From: an uncultured Mycobacteriaceae bacterium | GTDB taxonomy: Bacteria > Actinomycetota > Actinomycetes > Mycobacteriales > Mycobacteriaceae | NCBI GenBank assembly: GCA_964507655.1 | Contig: CAZDSL010000001.1 | Coordinates: 1-59,066, forward strand | Reading direction: 5' to 3' | Length of the DNA stretch: 59,066 bases | Shown here: piece by piece, positions 12,591 to 21,867 of the stretch | Numbering within the stretch: the stretch's first letter is position 1 | How the letters are laid out: every line of letters starts with the position of its first letter | The notes under the pieces: model-generated | Told to the model about the DNA's origin: nothing | The model's input: only the letters and a program-made list of their open reading frames with translations | The model's database searches: none | Translations under genes and position numbers: made by a program

Positions 12591-14162
12591 TCAGCGGAAC
12601 TGGACGGCGATGTCGGTGTGGCCGATGCGGATGATGTCGCCGTGCGCCAGCTGCCACTCGGTGACGGGGTTGCCGTTGACCACGGTGCCGTTGGTGGAGC
12701 CGAGGTCCACGAGCAGCGCCACCGCGCCGTCCCATTGGATGTCGGCGTGCCGGCGCGAGACGCCCGTGTCGGGCACGCGGAACTGGGAGGCCTGGCCCCG
12801 GCCGATCACGTTGGAACCCTGGCGCAGGTCGAAGGTGCGGCCGCTGCCGTCGTCGAGGAGCAGCCGGACGCCCTGCGTGCGCGGCTGCGACCAGGCGCCG
12901 TAGCCCTGCGTGGGCGGCGCCTCCTCCTGCGGCGGGTAGGCATAGCCGGGCTGGGCGGGCGCGTCGGCCTCGTACGTCGGCCGGCCCGGATAGGGCTGGC
13001 CGCCGTAGTACGGGTCGGCGTACTGCGGATCGGGGTGGCGGGGCGCGCCGTAGCCCTGATCCGGGTACTGCGGGCCGCCGTATTGAGCGCCGCCGTACCG
13101 GGGATCGCCGTATTGGGGGTCGCCGTATTGGGGATCCGGTTGCCGGGGGTCCGGGTAGTGGGGACCGGGGTTCTGGGGATGGGGGTGCTGGGGATCGGGG
13201 TATCGGGGATCGGCCTGGGCGCCGTAGCCGGGATCGCCGTAGCCGGACTGGGCCTGGGCGTCGTAGCCCGCCTCGCCCTGAGCCATCTCGCCGGGGCCGG
13301 ACGCGCCCTGACCCGTCTCGCCGCGGCCGGGGCCGGCGTCGTCCTGCTCGGGCGGAGGCGCGTACCGCCCGGGCCCGGACGGCTCGGCGTAGTGGGGGTG
13401 TCCCTGCGGCGGATCCTCGGTCTGCGCATTCCCCCCGAACTGCTGCCGTGCGGCGTCCCGGCCCTCGCGGGCGTCGGCGTCGCCGCCGCGGGCGGAGGCG
13501 GCTGCGGCACCGGCGGCCGCGATTCCGGCGGCCCCGGCGGCACCCGCTGCTCCGGCGGCGGCACCGTAGGCCGGGGCGTCGTAGCGGGCGCCGCTGTAGG
13601 CCTGGTGCTCCTGCGCGTACTCGGAGGGGGGAGCCGGGGAATCGGACAGCCGCCCGCCGCCGCGCGGCTGGTAGCGCTCGGAGGGCAGGGGGCGGTCTTG
13701 CCGGGGCTGCTGCGGCGGGCTCTGCTGCTGGGGCTGTTCGGGTCGCCGGGGCGGCACGGGCGGCACGGGCTCGGACGAGACGGAGACGCCGGCATCGGGG
13801 TCCATGGCGCCCTGGGCGCGGAACTGGCCGGTGTGCAGGTTCGGCGAGCTCTGCAGCTCCACCGAGACGTCGCCGTACGTCTGCCAGCCCTGCTCCTCGA
13901 TGTAGCCGGCGAGGTGCCTGGCGAAGCTCCGCAGCGTCAGCTCGGCGTCCGAGGTGAGGTTCTGCTCGTCCGAGTCGCTGACGGTGAGGATGTAGTGGTT
14001 GGGCACCACCGGCTGGCCGCCCTGGACCTGCAGGCCGTCGGATGCCTCGCGGCGCAGCGCTGACTCGACCTCGGCCGGCATGATCTTGCCGCCGAAGACC
14101 CTGGCGAAGGCGTCGTCGACGGCGCCCTCCAACTTGCGCTCGAAGCGCTGCACGAACCCCAC
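12591..14162 (-). CDS. fhaA: FhaA (DUF3662 + Pro/Gly/Tyr/Gln-rich linker + FHA domain)
   Basis: MGFVQRFERKLEG N-terminus, repetitive QYGDP/PQYP linker, C-terminal IGRG..SRRH..DLGSTNGT. Confidence 0.94.
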   Translation of the reverse strand: MGFVQRFERKLEGAVDDAFARVFGGKIMPAEVESALRREASDGLQVQGGQPVVPNHYILTVSDSDEQNLTSDAELTLRSFARHLAGYIEEQGWQTYGDVSVELQSSPNLHTGQFRAQGAMDPDAGVSVSSEPVPPVPPRRPEQPQQQSPPQQPRQDRPLPSERYQPRGGGRLSDSPAPPSEYAQEHQAYSGARYDAPAYGAAAGAAGAAGAAGIAAAGAAAASARGGDADAREGRDAARQQFGGNAQTEDPPQGHPHYAEPSGPGRYAPPPEQDDAGPGRGETGQGASGPGEMAQGEAGYDAQAQSGYGDPGYGAQADPRYPDPQHPHPQNPGPHYPDPRQPDPQYGDPQYGDPRYGGAQYGGPQYPDQGYGAPRHPDPQYADPYYGGQPYPGRPTYEADAPAQPGYAYPPQEEAPPTQGYGAWSQPRTQGVRLLLDDGSGRTFDLRQGSNVIGRGQASQFRVPDTGVSRRHADIQWDGAVALLVDLGSTNGTVVNGNPVTEWQLAHGDIIRIGHTDIAVQFR

Positions 14163-14406
14163 CGACTGCCTCCTTTCCCCGCCGCGCGGCCGGCCCCCGC
14201 GTGAGCGGAGGTTTCGTCACCGGCCTGCAGAAGGAACTCTCCTGGTCGTACAAGGATACTGGGCGGGTATGGCTACACCGGTCCGTATCGAGTGTCAACC
14301 ATTGTCGCCGCATCCGCGCGTCTGCGCATCGACGCAGATCACACCGGGCGCCGGGGCGGGATTTGAGGGCCGCGCGAACCGCGTGCTAGTCTCGATGCCG
14401 TTGCTC

Positions 14407-14492
14407 GGGCGAGTGGCGGAATGGCAGACGCGCTGGCTTCAGGTGCCAGTGTCCTTCGGGACGTGGGGGTTCAAGTCCCCCTTCGCCCACCA
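14407..14492 (+). tRNA. tRNA-Leu (anticodon CAG), encoded CCA
   Basis: GGGCGAG acceptor stem pairing with TTCGCCC, anticodon arm CTGGC-TTCAGGT-GCCAG, long variable arm, GGTTCAAGTCC T-loop, ACCA end. Confidence 0.97.
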
Positions 14493-14516
14493 TGAGGGGT
14501 TCCATGCAGGAACCGT

Positions 14517-14559
14517 AGCGAGGTCAGTCTGGAGAAGTCCAGGCTGACCTCGCTTTTTT
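14517..14559 (+). terminator. Intrinsic terminator of tRNA-Leu
   Basis: AGCGAGGTCAGTCTGGA-GAAG-TCCAGGCTGACCTCGCT hairpin followed by T6. Confidence 0.85.
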
Positions 14560-14560
14560 C

Positions 14561-15870
14561 GGGTTAATTGCCAAATTGTGTGTATGGCTGTCGGCGTGTC
14601 GGGGTGGTCAGTGGCTGCGGCCGGCCCAGCCGTGCTGGATGCCGTTGCCGTCGTCCCAGCTGAAGCCGGTGCCGAATTCCGGGCCGATCCGCTCGTCGGA
14701 GACGGGGGTGTGCCGAGGGCGTTTCGGTGGCGGGTTCCAGTGCTCGGGGCGGGTCAGGCTCCATGGGGAGCGTGGCTGGGCGGTGCGGCTGTTGAGGAAC
14801 CATTCGGCGGCTCTGCGGGCGTGTTCGGCGGGCAGGCCGCGGTGGTTCCGGAAGAGGTCTTTGAGGGCCTTGTTGGGGCCGCCTTCCAGGGGGGAGGTCG
14901 TCCTCGGCAGCGGATCGGCGGGGCCGGTCAGCCGTGGGTCGATCCAGGTGAACAGATGCTCGCGGGCGATCAGGCGGCGGAACAGGAATCGGGTCTTGCG
15001 CAGGTCGCGGTGGGTGTACCACCACTGGCTGGTCTCGGAGACGCCGCGCGGCCGGGTGGTGTGGGTGCGGGCATAGGTGCGGTGCCGCAGGAACCGGTCC
15101 CAGCGCTGTTCCCAATCGTTGTAGGCCTGCAGCCACACGACGGCCTGATCGGCGTCGCGGATGTTCATCAATGCCCTGGTGAGGGCGAGGATTTCGCGTC
15201 CGGCATCGAGTCTGGGTGTGAGGGTGTGGTGGCGGCGCACGGTCTGGAGTATGTGGAAGTAGCAGCGCTGGATGCGTGTGGCCGGCCAGTCCTCGGCGAG
15301 TGCGGCCTCGATGCCCCGGCCGCCGTCGATGACCACGATGCGGGGCGCCGGCTGGCGCTGCAGGATCTGCTGCCAGGCGATCTTCTTCTCGCGGTCGCAC
15401 CACTGCCAGTCCACGACGTGGGTGCCGTCGTGGGCGATGAGCAGGCACCAGCGCTGGAAGTAGGTGCCGTCGAGGAGCAGTACCGGTGCGGGCGTGGCCG
15501 GCGCCGGTGGTGTCGGGACGGTGATGTTCCAGCACCATGCGGTGGTCCGGAAGAACGTGCGCGGGCTTGTGGCGAGCTCGCCGGGCCTGCGGCCGTCGAG
15601 GAGCCAGGCGAGGAAGGCGTCGAGTTCGGCTTTGCGGGTGATGTCCGGGCGTGAACGGGTGGTCGAGGCGCCGCACGTGCGGCAGCGCCAGCGGGTCCTT
15701 CCGGCGCTGGTGGTTCCGTTCTTGACGAGTTTGTGGCCGCATACACCACACGACGGCGCGTTCCGGGGACCTGACACCGAACATGCTTTCAGAGCATGTT
15801 CACCACCCCGTCAACCGAGGTCAGGCAAGGGAAATCAGCGATCCTGTACACACAATCTGGCAATTAACCC
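14561..15870 (-). mobile_element. Complete IS256-family (IS1249-like) insertion sequence, 1310 bp
   Basis: 24-bp terminal IRs GGGTTAATTGCCAAATTGTGTGTA (14561-14584) / TACACACAATCTGGCAATTAACCC (15847-15870), 1 mismatch; 8-bp target duplication CTTTTTTC at 14553-14560 and 15871-15878. Confidence 0.93.
14608..15777 (-). CDS. IS1249-group (IS256 family) DDE transposase
   Basis: N-terminal CxxC..KNG...RWRCxxC zinc ribbon, LLDG, VVIDG, QRCYFH, TTSPLEGG. Confidence 0.9.
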   Translation of the reverse strand: MSGPRNAPSCGVCGHKLVKNGTTSAGRTRWRCRTCGASTTRSRPDITRKAELDAFLAWLLDGRRPGELATSPRTFFRTTAWCWNITVPTPPAPATPAPVLLLDGTYFQRWCLLIAHDGTHVVDWQWCDREKKIAWQQILQRQPAPRIVVIDGGRGIEAALAEDWPATRIQRCYFHILQTVRRHHTLTPRLDAGREILALTRALMNIRDADQAVVWLQAYNDWEQRWDRFLRHRTYARTHTTRPRGVSETSQWWYTHRDLRKTRFLFRRLIAREHLFTWIDPRLTGPADPLPRTTSPLEGGPNKALKDLFRNHRGLPAEHARRAAEWFLNSRTAQPRSPWSLTRPEHWNPPPKRPRHTPVSDERIGPEFGTGFSWDDGNGIQHGWAGRSH

Positions 15871-16018
15871 CTTTTTTCGTGTGGACGGCGGCCGGGGTGC
15901 ACTCGTCGGGACTCCTTGGGAGGAGTCCCGAAGCGGTCAGTCTGGGGTGGTGGCGGACGAGCGCAAGCTGTCCGTGAGTGAGCCCGTCGCGGGTGCGCTT
16001 GATGGTTGGCCGGCCAGC

Positions 16019-16612
16019 TCAGTCGCGGGTGCTGTGGAGGTCCGCGGCCTGCAGGTGGCGATAGAGCGTCGCGCGTGACCACCCGACCAGCCGGGCGGCC
16101 TCGGCCGCGGTGCGCCCCTTGCTGCGGGCATCACGAGCGACGGCGAGCTTGTCTGCGACCTCATCGGGGTCGACCGGGGGTCGGCCGAACCGGGTGCCCG
16201 AGGCCTTCGCGGCGGCGATGCCGGCGTTGACGCGTTCGGTGATTAGTTCGCGTTCGTATTCGGCCAGTGTGGCGAGCATTCCGAGCATGAGCCGGCCGTT
16301 GGCGGTGGCCGGGTCGATCGCGTCGGCTATCGAGCGCACGTCGACGCCTTTGTCGCGCAGCAGGTTCACCGTCGAGAGCACATCGAGCAGAGACCGGCCG
16401 AGCCGGTCGATCCGCCAGACCACGACGACGTCGCCGGACTCGGCGTAGTCGAGGAGCTTCTTCATTGCGGGGCGTTCGGCGCCAGCACGGCGCCCCGAGG
16501 TGACATCGGAGAACACATCGCGACGCTGCACACCGGCGCCGACGAGCGCGTCGAGCTGCAGACGTGCATCCTGGTCGGCCGTGCTGACCCGCGTGTACCC
16601 GAGAAGCCTCAT
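16019..16612 (-). CDS. Serine recombinase (resolvase/invertase) with C-terminal HTH
   Basis: MRLLGYTRVST catalytic Ser, VWRIDRLGRS, FGRP, SRATLYR; start ATG 16612. Confidence 0.93.
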   Translation of the reverse strand: MRLLGYTRVSTADQDARLQLDALVGAGVQRRDVFSDVTSGRRAGAERPAMKKLLDYAESGDVVVVWRIDRLGRSLLDVLSTVNLLRDKGVDVRSIADAIDPATANGRLMLGMLATLAEYERELITERVNAGIAAAKASGTRFGRPPVDPDEVADKLAVARDARSKGRTAAEAARLVGWSRATLYRHLQAADLHSTRD

Positions 16613-16644
16613 GCCGGCCAGCATGCCCCAACAACCCATAGCGG

Positions 16645-16762
16645 CATCACTTCTGAGACGAATGGCGGCGATACGGGTATACAAGACACAGTCCGGACCG
16701 GTGACGTCCAGGCCGCCCGCTGTCGTTCTCAGAAGTCGGCTGCACGGATGTCAGAAGTGTGC
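16645..16762. promoter_or_regulatory. Putative res site upstream of the resolvase
   Basis: Inverted ACTTCTGAGA (16649-16658) / TCTCAGAAGT (16727-16736) plus third half-site TCAGAAGT (16751-16758). Confidence 0.5.
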
Positions 16763-17805
16763 TGCGCACGCCCTTTCGTCGCCGTCTCCTCGTTGAGTAT
16801 GGCCAGGGTGCGTTCGCGGATCTCGTCGGCCTGTGTGTCGATGTCGTCGATGAGTGCGTCGAGTCCGGCCAGGCGGGTGTGGTCACGGCGCCGTGCGGCG
16901 ATGCCGCGGTCGAAGTACGCGCCGAGCCGTACCGGCTCGGCGATAGCGGTTTCGGTGGCCGGGCGCGGCCTGTCCTGGGCCGGCTCGCGCGGGGGTGGTG
17001 TGTGGCCGGGCGCGGTGCCGGTCAGGTGGGCGCGGACGATCGTCCCGATCGCGGCGGCCGTGAGGGGTTGTGGGGCGAGTGGCAGGTAGCCCCACCTGTC
17101 GATGCGGGTGAATACCGGTGCGCCCGGGTAGCGCAGGTTCGCGGCCGCGTCGGGCAGTGCGGCGCGGTGAAGCCGGTCGGCGAGGGCGTGGGTGCTCGGG
17201 TGGGTGTCGACGAACTCGAGCACCGCGGCCCACCGGTGCAGGGCTGCCGCACCGTCGTCCGGCAACGGCACTGGCAGCCGCGCAGTGGTCACGGTCGAAT
17301 CGCCGCAGTTGAGCGTCGTCAGGTCGCGGCGGCGTAGCCCGGCGATGGCGGCGTAAGACATGCCGGAGGCGGCCAGGGCCAGCAGCGCCGCGTCACGGCG
17401 GCCGAACAGGCCGGCAGGCCAGCCCGACGCCGGCAACAGAGCCATCACCTCGTCGACCCGGTGGCGCAGCGCGGCGAGGCGGGCGGCCCGCCGGGAGTCC
17501 AGGATTGCGCGAATGGGTTCGGACCTGCCCGGGGCGGGCAGGCCGCAGTGCGTGTGGGCGTGGTTGATCGCGGACATGCGGCGCCGCTGGGCCGCGGGGG
17601 TCGCCGGGTGCTCGGCGAGGAATGCGGCGAGCGTCGCGGGGGAGGCGGGCAGCGCGGCCGTGTCGGTCGCGGCGCACCAGTCGGTGAACAGGGCCCAGTC
17701 GTGCCGGTAGCGAGCGGGCAGATCCGCCGGGCGCAGGGGCCGGTCGGCACGGGTCTGAGCGGTCTCGCCGGCACGGGTCTGGGCGGTCTTGCCGGTGGTG
17801 GTCAT
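16729..17805 (-). CDS. Tyrosine-recombinase-like protein lacking catalytic residues (SAM-like N-domain, C-terminal coiled coil)
   Basis: RYRHDWALFTDWC..LPASPATLAAFL and GRRDAALLALA resemble the adjacent integrase, but GMSYAAI replaces LRRSEL and no HxxR or Tyr motif is seen; ATGA-coupled to upstream gene. Confidence 0.7.
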   Translation of the reverse strand: MTTTGKTAQTRAGETAQTRADRPLRPADLPARYRHDWALFTDWCAATDTAALPASPATLAAFLAEHPATPAAQRRRMSAINHAHTHCGLPAPGRSEPIRAILDSRRAARLAALRHRVDEVMALLPASGWPAGLFGRRDAALLALAASGMSYAAIAGLRRRDLTTLNCGDSTVTTARLPVPLPDDGAAALHRWAAVLEFVDTHPSTHALADRLHRAALPDAAANLRYPGAPVFTRIDRWGYLPLAPQPLTAAAIGTIVRAHLTGTAPGHTPPPREPAQDRPRPATETAIAEPVRLGAYFDRGIAARRRDHTRLAGLDALIDDIDTQADEIRERTLAILNEETATKGRAQHTSDIRAADF

Positions 17806-18962
17806 AGTCCGAGGGTGGTGACGGCGTTGCCGATCAGCGGGGCGTGTTCGCGGGCGTAGACCTCGAGCATGGCGGGGCTGGCGTGGCCGGTTTGCCGCAT
17901 GATCGCGTGCGCGTCCGCCCCGGCGCGGAAGGCCTGGGTGACGAACCCGGCCCGCAGGCTGTGCCCGCCGAGGCGGGCGACGAATGCCGGGTCGTAGCCG
18001 GCGGCGGCGGCCCGGCGGCGGATCATCTTGTGCACCGCCGCCCCCGACAGGGCCGTGGCGGCGATGTGGCCGGCGCCGCGGATCGGGCGGAACACCGCCG
18101 CGCCCGGGTCCGGGATACGCGGCCAGCGGCCGTGGCAGACGTGCGTGTCCGGTTCGTCGGGGCGGCGCAGCAGCCGGATGACGGCGGGCCGCCCGCCGGT
18201 ATCCGAGGCGGCGATGACGTGCAGCCAGCGGAGGTAGGCGCACGGGCCGCATGCGGCGGCCGTGTGCCCGTAGGGCACGGCCTTCGTTGTCCCGCGCCCG
18301 TCCTGGTCGGTTTTCGATGTGCCGATGTGCAGGTGGATGCCGTCGCCGCGGTGCCGTGTGATGTCGCCGATCGTGAGGGCGACGAGTTCGCTGCGCCGCA
18401 GGGCCGCCGCGAAGCCGAGCAGCAGCAGCGCCGTGTCGCGGCGGGCGTACACCCGCGCCGCCCACGTGTTCGCCTGGGCGGCGGTGGCGGAAAGGATCGT
18501 GGTGATATCGGCGGTGAGCAGCGGGGCGACCTGGCGCACGGGCCGCTGCCCGGCGGCGGCGTAGGTGCGGCGGATCCCGGCGAGGGTGGCGGCCACCAGC
18601 GGGGCCGACGCGGGGCTGGGGTGTCCGGCGGCCCGGTGGGCGTGCCCGAGCGCGGCGGCCCAGCGGGCCAGGGTGGCCGGGGCGTACGCGTGCTCGCCCG
18701 CGTCGGTGACCGCGGCGGCGGCGTCGGTGAGATACGCGGCGATCACGGCCGGATCGGCCGGCAGCGGCGTGTGTCCGCGGGCGGCGGCCCACCCGGTGAA
18801 CCGGCGCCAGTCCGCGGCATAGGCGCGCCGGGTGTTCGCCGCCGCGGACGCGGTGACCGCGGCGGTGATGCGGCCGGCGTCTAAGGCGTCGACCGCGGTG
18901 AGCAGTCCGCGCGGGCGCGTGGCCGTCGCGGCGCCGGAGCGGGGGGCAGGGGTACCGGTCAC
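17802..18962 (-). CDS. Cre/TnpS-like tyrosine recombinase
   Basis: NTRRAYAADW SAM-like domain; catalytic R (ALRRSEL), K (SKTDQ), HSLRAG, QTGH, Y (MLEVY). Confidence 0.9.
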   Translation of the reverse strand: MTGTPAPRSGAATATRPRGLLTAVDALDAGRITAAVTASAAANTRRAYAADWRRFTGWAAARGHTPLPADPAVIAAYLTDAAAAVTDAGEHAYAPATLARWAAALGHAHRAAGHPSPASAPLVAATLAGIRRTYAAAGQRPVRQVAPLLTADITTILSATAAQANTWAARVYARRDTALLLLGFAAALRRSELVALTIGDITRHRGDGIHLHIGTSKTDQDGRGTTKAVPYGHTAAACGPCAYLRWLHVIAASDTGGRPAVIRLLRRPDEPDTHVCHGRWPRIPDPGAAVFRPIRGAGHIAATALSGAAVHKMIRRRAAAAGYDPAFVARLGGHSLRAGFVTQAFRAGADAHAIMRQTGHASPAMLEVYAREHAPLIGNAVTTLGL

Positions 18963-19093
18963 GGCGCCCAGGCTAGCGGCGGGTACCGACAGGTCCCGCC
19001 CGCCGCGCCCACACGCGGCGTTTCCGGCGGCAGCGGCCCGCTTCCGGGCGATTCAACGACGCGAAAACCCCTCGCCTGGGGTTTCGCCGGCCC

Positions 19094-19121
19094 GGGTGCG
19101 ATAAGGGCAGTTATCGTGCCC
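19094..19121. other. Putative tyrosine recombinase crossover site (11-6-11)
   Basis: GGGTGCGATAA-GGGCAG-TTATCGTGCCC: imperfect 11-bp inverted arms (core CGATAA/TTATCG) around a 6-bp asymmetric spacer, ~130 bp upstream of the recombinase. Confidence 0.6.
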
Positions 19122-19579
19122 GACCCCGCGCACACCGGCAGTGACACGGGACGCGGTCCCGTTGGGGCGGGTGTAGCGTCCGGAATGCGCTGCCGATTGT
19201 GCGGTTCAAGAGGTGCTGGCACGGTGACCGTTGCGCCGGTCGGGGCGCTGCAGGCTGGCGAAGTCGCGCCGATGTCTTCGTCGTTTGTGTCGTGGCCTGG
19301 CACTTTAGGTGAGTCGGGTGACGGACCGCGAGATCACCGGGCGGGCGAGCGCCGACCACCGTGCACGGCTCCGCAGCGAGACACTCGACCGCGAACTCGG
19401 TGGATGCAGTGTGCTGTCGGCCTGACAGATGATTCATCGCTGTACCGGACCATGGCGCGCGGCGGGCGTTCCGACGCCCCGGAACGTGCGCCGCCAGGGT
19501 GCGGGAAAACAGGATGACGCTAGCGCACAGCGGACACCGTGCCGGAGATATCGTCCGGCCGAAACGGCGGCGGGTCACC

Positions 19580-19606
19580 TGAAGTGGACCCCGGATTCTG
19601 GACAGT
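19580..19606 (+). mobile_element. Possible orphan IS3-family terminal inverted repeat
   Basis: TGAAGTGGACCCCGGATTCTGGACAGT resembles TG-starting IS3-family ends; no transposase or partner end seen. Confidence 0.3.
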
Positions 19607-19665
19607 CCGATCGCCGGACGTAGCGACACGCCTCGTGGCAATGGCGACATCACCGCACATGCGCT

Positions 19666-20973
19666 TCATCGTGTGTGGCCGGATGGGTCGTGGGCGGTCG
19701 CCCCGTCCTGATGCGGCGGCCCGCTGTGCACGGTTGCCATGGTGGTAAACGGTGCTGTCAGGGTGGGCCACAGGTGGCGGCGGTGGACGATCAAGGCGCC
19801 GACGGTGATAGCGCCATATACGCCGGTGAGAATCAGCCTGCCGTCGGTGGAGGTAATCGGGAACTGCACGATGAACAGCGCCAACAATGCCCATGCGGTG
19901 CCGCGACCGAACCGGAGCGTCATGATGAGGGCGACTCCCATCAGTGTCTGCGCGGCGGTGAGCAGCATTTCCTCGGCCTGGCGTGCATCCAGGGGTAAGG
20001 ATGTGCCGCCGCCGCCGGCGAGATAAGCCAACGGCAGCGAGCCGACCAGCAAAGTCCACTGGTTGACCTTCGAGGAAATCAACGTGGCGATCGCGGCGGT
20101 GCCCTTGCCCCGGTAGGCGAAGATCGCGGCAATGATGAACTCCGGGGCCTCCGACGCGAGCGGTGCGAGCCACTGCACCAACAAGAACCGGTCGATACCG
20201 AGTTCGCCGCCCGCATCGATCAGGGAGTTGGCGAACGGCTCGGCGCACAGCAGGATCACCCCGGCCGCCACGACGAACAGCGCCGCGACGGTGCAGCGCC
20301 GTATGCGGCGAGGCAGCGCGCCCAGGGCCGCGGCCGTGCCCACCAGGTCGGGTTCTTCGACCTCGCCGCGGGTGAGTTTGAACAGATAGAACCCGAACCA
20401 GCCGATCAGCACCACGCTCACGGCCAGGTGGATCTGCCCGGTCGCCGGCATCACGAACGCGATGACACCGGCGATGAGTAGGAACCCGAGTTCGACCCGG
20501 TTGGACGAGCCGAGCAGCAGGCCGCGGACGGGTTGTTTCGTGGCACGTTTCGCGACGGCGACCGCGATGAGCACGACCACCGGCCAGCCGAGTCCCATCA
20601 GCAGCCGGTTCGACCCGGTCATGTTGGCTGCCGCGTACGCGATATAGGCGGGGTCGTGGCCTGCGGTGAACGCGTAGTACAGGTCGATCGCGTACTCGGG
20701 TAGCACGGCGATCAGGGCGAGTACCGCGATCGCCAGGCCGCCCGAGACGTCGACCTGCGCGGCCTCGGCCGCCCAGGCGAGCAGGAAACTCGCCGCGACG
20801 ACCGCGGCACCGTAGATCGCGAGAGCGACCAGCGGATCCGGGTCGAGTCCGCCCAGGCGCACCACCATCGCCGGGATGATGACCACAGCCGCGATTGACA
20901 GGGAACGCCACAGTGCCCAGCCCGGCGGCAGCGAATGCCGCCCATCCCCGGCACGCGCAGAATCGACAATCAT
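19666..20973 (-). CDS. CaCA-family (Na/Ca exchanger-like) cation antiporter
   Basis: Two alpha-repeats AVLPEY..ANMTGSN and LASEAPE..ISSKVNQ; ~11 TM helices. Confidence 0.85.
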   Translation of the reverse strand: MIVDSARAGDGRHSLPPGWALWRSLSIAAVVIIPAMVVRLGGLDPDPLVALAIYGAAVVAASFLLAWAAEAAQVDVSGGLAIAVLALIAVLPEYAIDLYYAFTAGHDPAYIAYAAANMTGSNRLLMGLGWPVVVLIAVAVAKRATKQPVRGLLLGSSNRVELGFLLIAGVIAFVMPATGQIHLAVSVVLIGWFGFYLFKLTRGEVEEPDLVGTAAALGALPRRIRRCTVAALFVVAAGVILLCAEPFANSLIDAGGELGIDRFLLVQWLAPLASEAPEFIIAAIFAYRGKGTAAIATLISSKVNQWTLLVGSLPLAYLAGGGGTSLPLDARQAEEMLLTAAQTLMGVALIMTLRFGRGTAWALLALFIVQFPITSTDGRLILTGVYGAITVGALIVHRRHLWPTLTAPFTTMATVHSGPPHQDGATAHDPSGHTR

Positions 20974-21054
20974 CGCCTACTTGATCCCTTTATTGGTGGC
21001 CGGGACACCCCCACGAGAAAATGCGAGTCCTCGGGCGACGTCACCGTGTCGGTC

Positions 21055-21183
21055 CGAAGGTCTCGCTTGCCGACAATCCCCTCTGGGATGCCGGTGGAGG
21101 GCCGGGCACCGCCAGGCGCCAGCATGTCGACCATCCGCCCGCTATGGCCGTGACCAGCAGCAGCGGGAAACTACTCCCCTTCG
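21055..21183 (-). ncRNA. yybP-ykoY (Mn2+-sensing) riboswitch
   Basis: Minus strand reads CGAAGGGGAGTAG...GGTCGACAT...GGC...GCAAGCGAGACCTTCG; P1 CGAAGG/CCTTCG closes it; 82 nt upstream of the antiporter start. Confidence 0.85.
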
Positions 21184-21479
21184 CTGTTGGCGACAGTACA
21201 CAGGCCTAAACGTCCACGCAAAATACGCTGCCGCCTGATTAGAACAGTTCGTAGGTGCGAAATAAATAGTTTGAAAATTCGTCTTTAATGAACGCGGATG
21301 ATGCACGTTTCCGAATTCCTATTGCCACAACGAGATCTTCGCGCCTTTGCGCAGCAATGGAATGGCCGACCCGTGCGGAAACGGTTGGGCTACCGCGACG
21401 TAGCGCCGGCCATGTGGCCATGTCGATGTCGTCGGCGTGGCGGCCGCCGCGTGCCCTCGCCGCACGAACCATGTAATAA

Positions 21480-21497
21480 TCTGCGTATGGATGCAGG
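21480..21497 (+). promoter_or_regulatory. KmtR-type operator overlapping the ArsR start codon
   Basis: TCTGCGTATGGATGCAGG imperfect palindrome; similar TATGCGTATGCGTGAAGG at the start of the second ArsR gene (~23188). Confidence 0.5.
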
Positions 21498-21867
21498 TAT
21501 GCAGCTATGCCGGTGGAGTTCGGACAGTCGGTGCGTCGAGCGTGCGGTCGAGGTGTTTGGCGTCCTCGTCGACGGCAGTCGACTGCACAGCATCCTGGCG
21601 CTGGGCGATGCCGGGGGGAAGTCGGTCAACCGACTGGCAAATGTCGCCGACAAGTCGCCGGCCGTGATCGCGCAGCATCTGTCCCAGCCGCGGATGGCGC
21701 GCGGAGTCGCCCTGCGGCAGGATGGCCAGCGGGTTGTCTACCGCCTGGCAAACGAGCGCGCTTTACAACTGGTTTCGAATGCGATCTTCCAGGTCGAGCG
21801 TTCCGCCGGGGGCACACCGTGGCACCACCGCACCGAGGTTCCCCGAACGCAGTCGAAGGCGGACTGA
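21487..21867 (+). CDS. ArsR/SmtB (KmtR-like) repressor, degenerate
   Basis: Aligns by eye with 23189..23578 (AVEVF..D.SR..ILAL..KSP....QHL...RQDG.RV.Y) but with many substitutions, including metal-ligand His. Confidence 0.7.
   Translation: MDAGMQLCRWSSDSRCVERAVEVFGVLVDGSRLHSILALGDAGGKSVNRLANVADKSPAVIAQHLSQPRMARGVALRQDGQRVVYRLANERALQLVSNAIFQVERSAGGTPWHHRTEVPRTQSKAD

Noticed and set aside
12990-13250. ~15-bp periodic repeats
   Set aside because: Coding QYGDP/PxYP linker normal for FhaA
15906-15980. 11-bp hairpin and a GGGGT-starting 35-mer as a possible second Tn3 end
   Set aside because: Little similarity to the 44030 IR and in the same orientation, so they cannot be a pair
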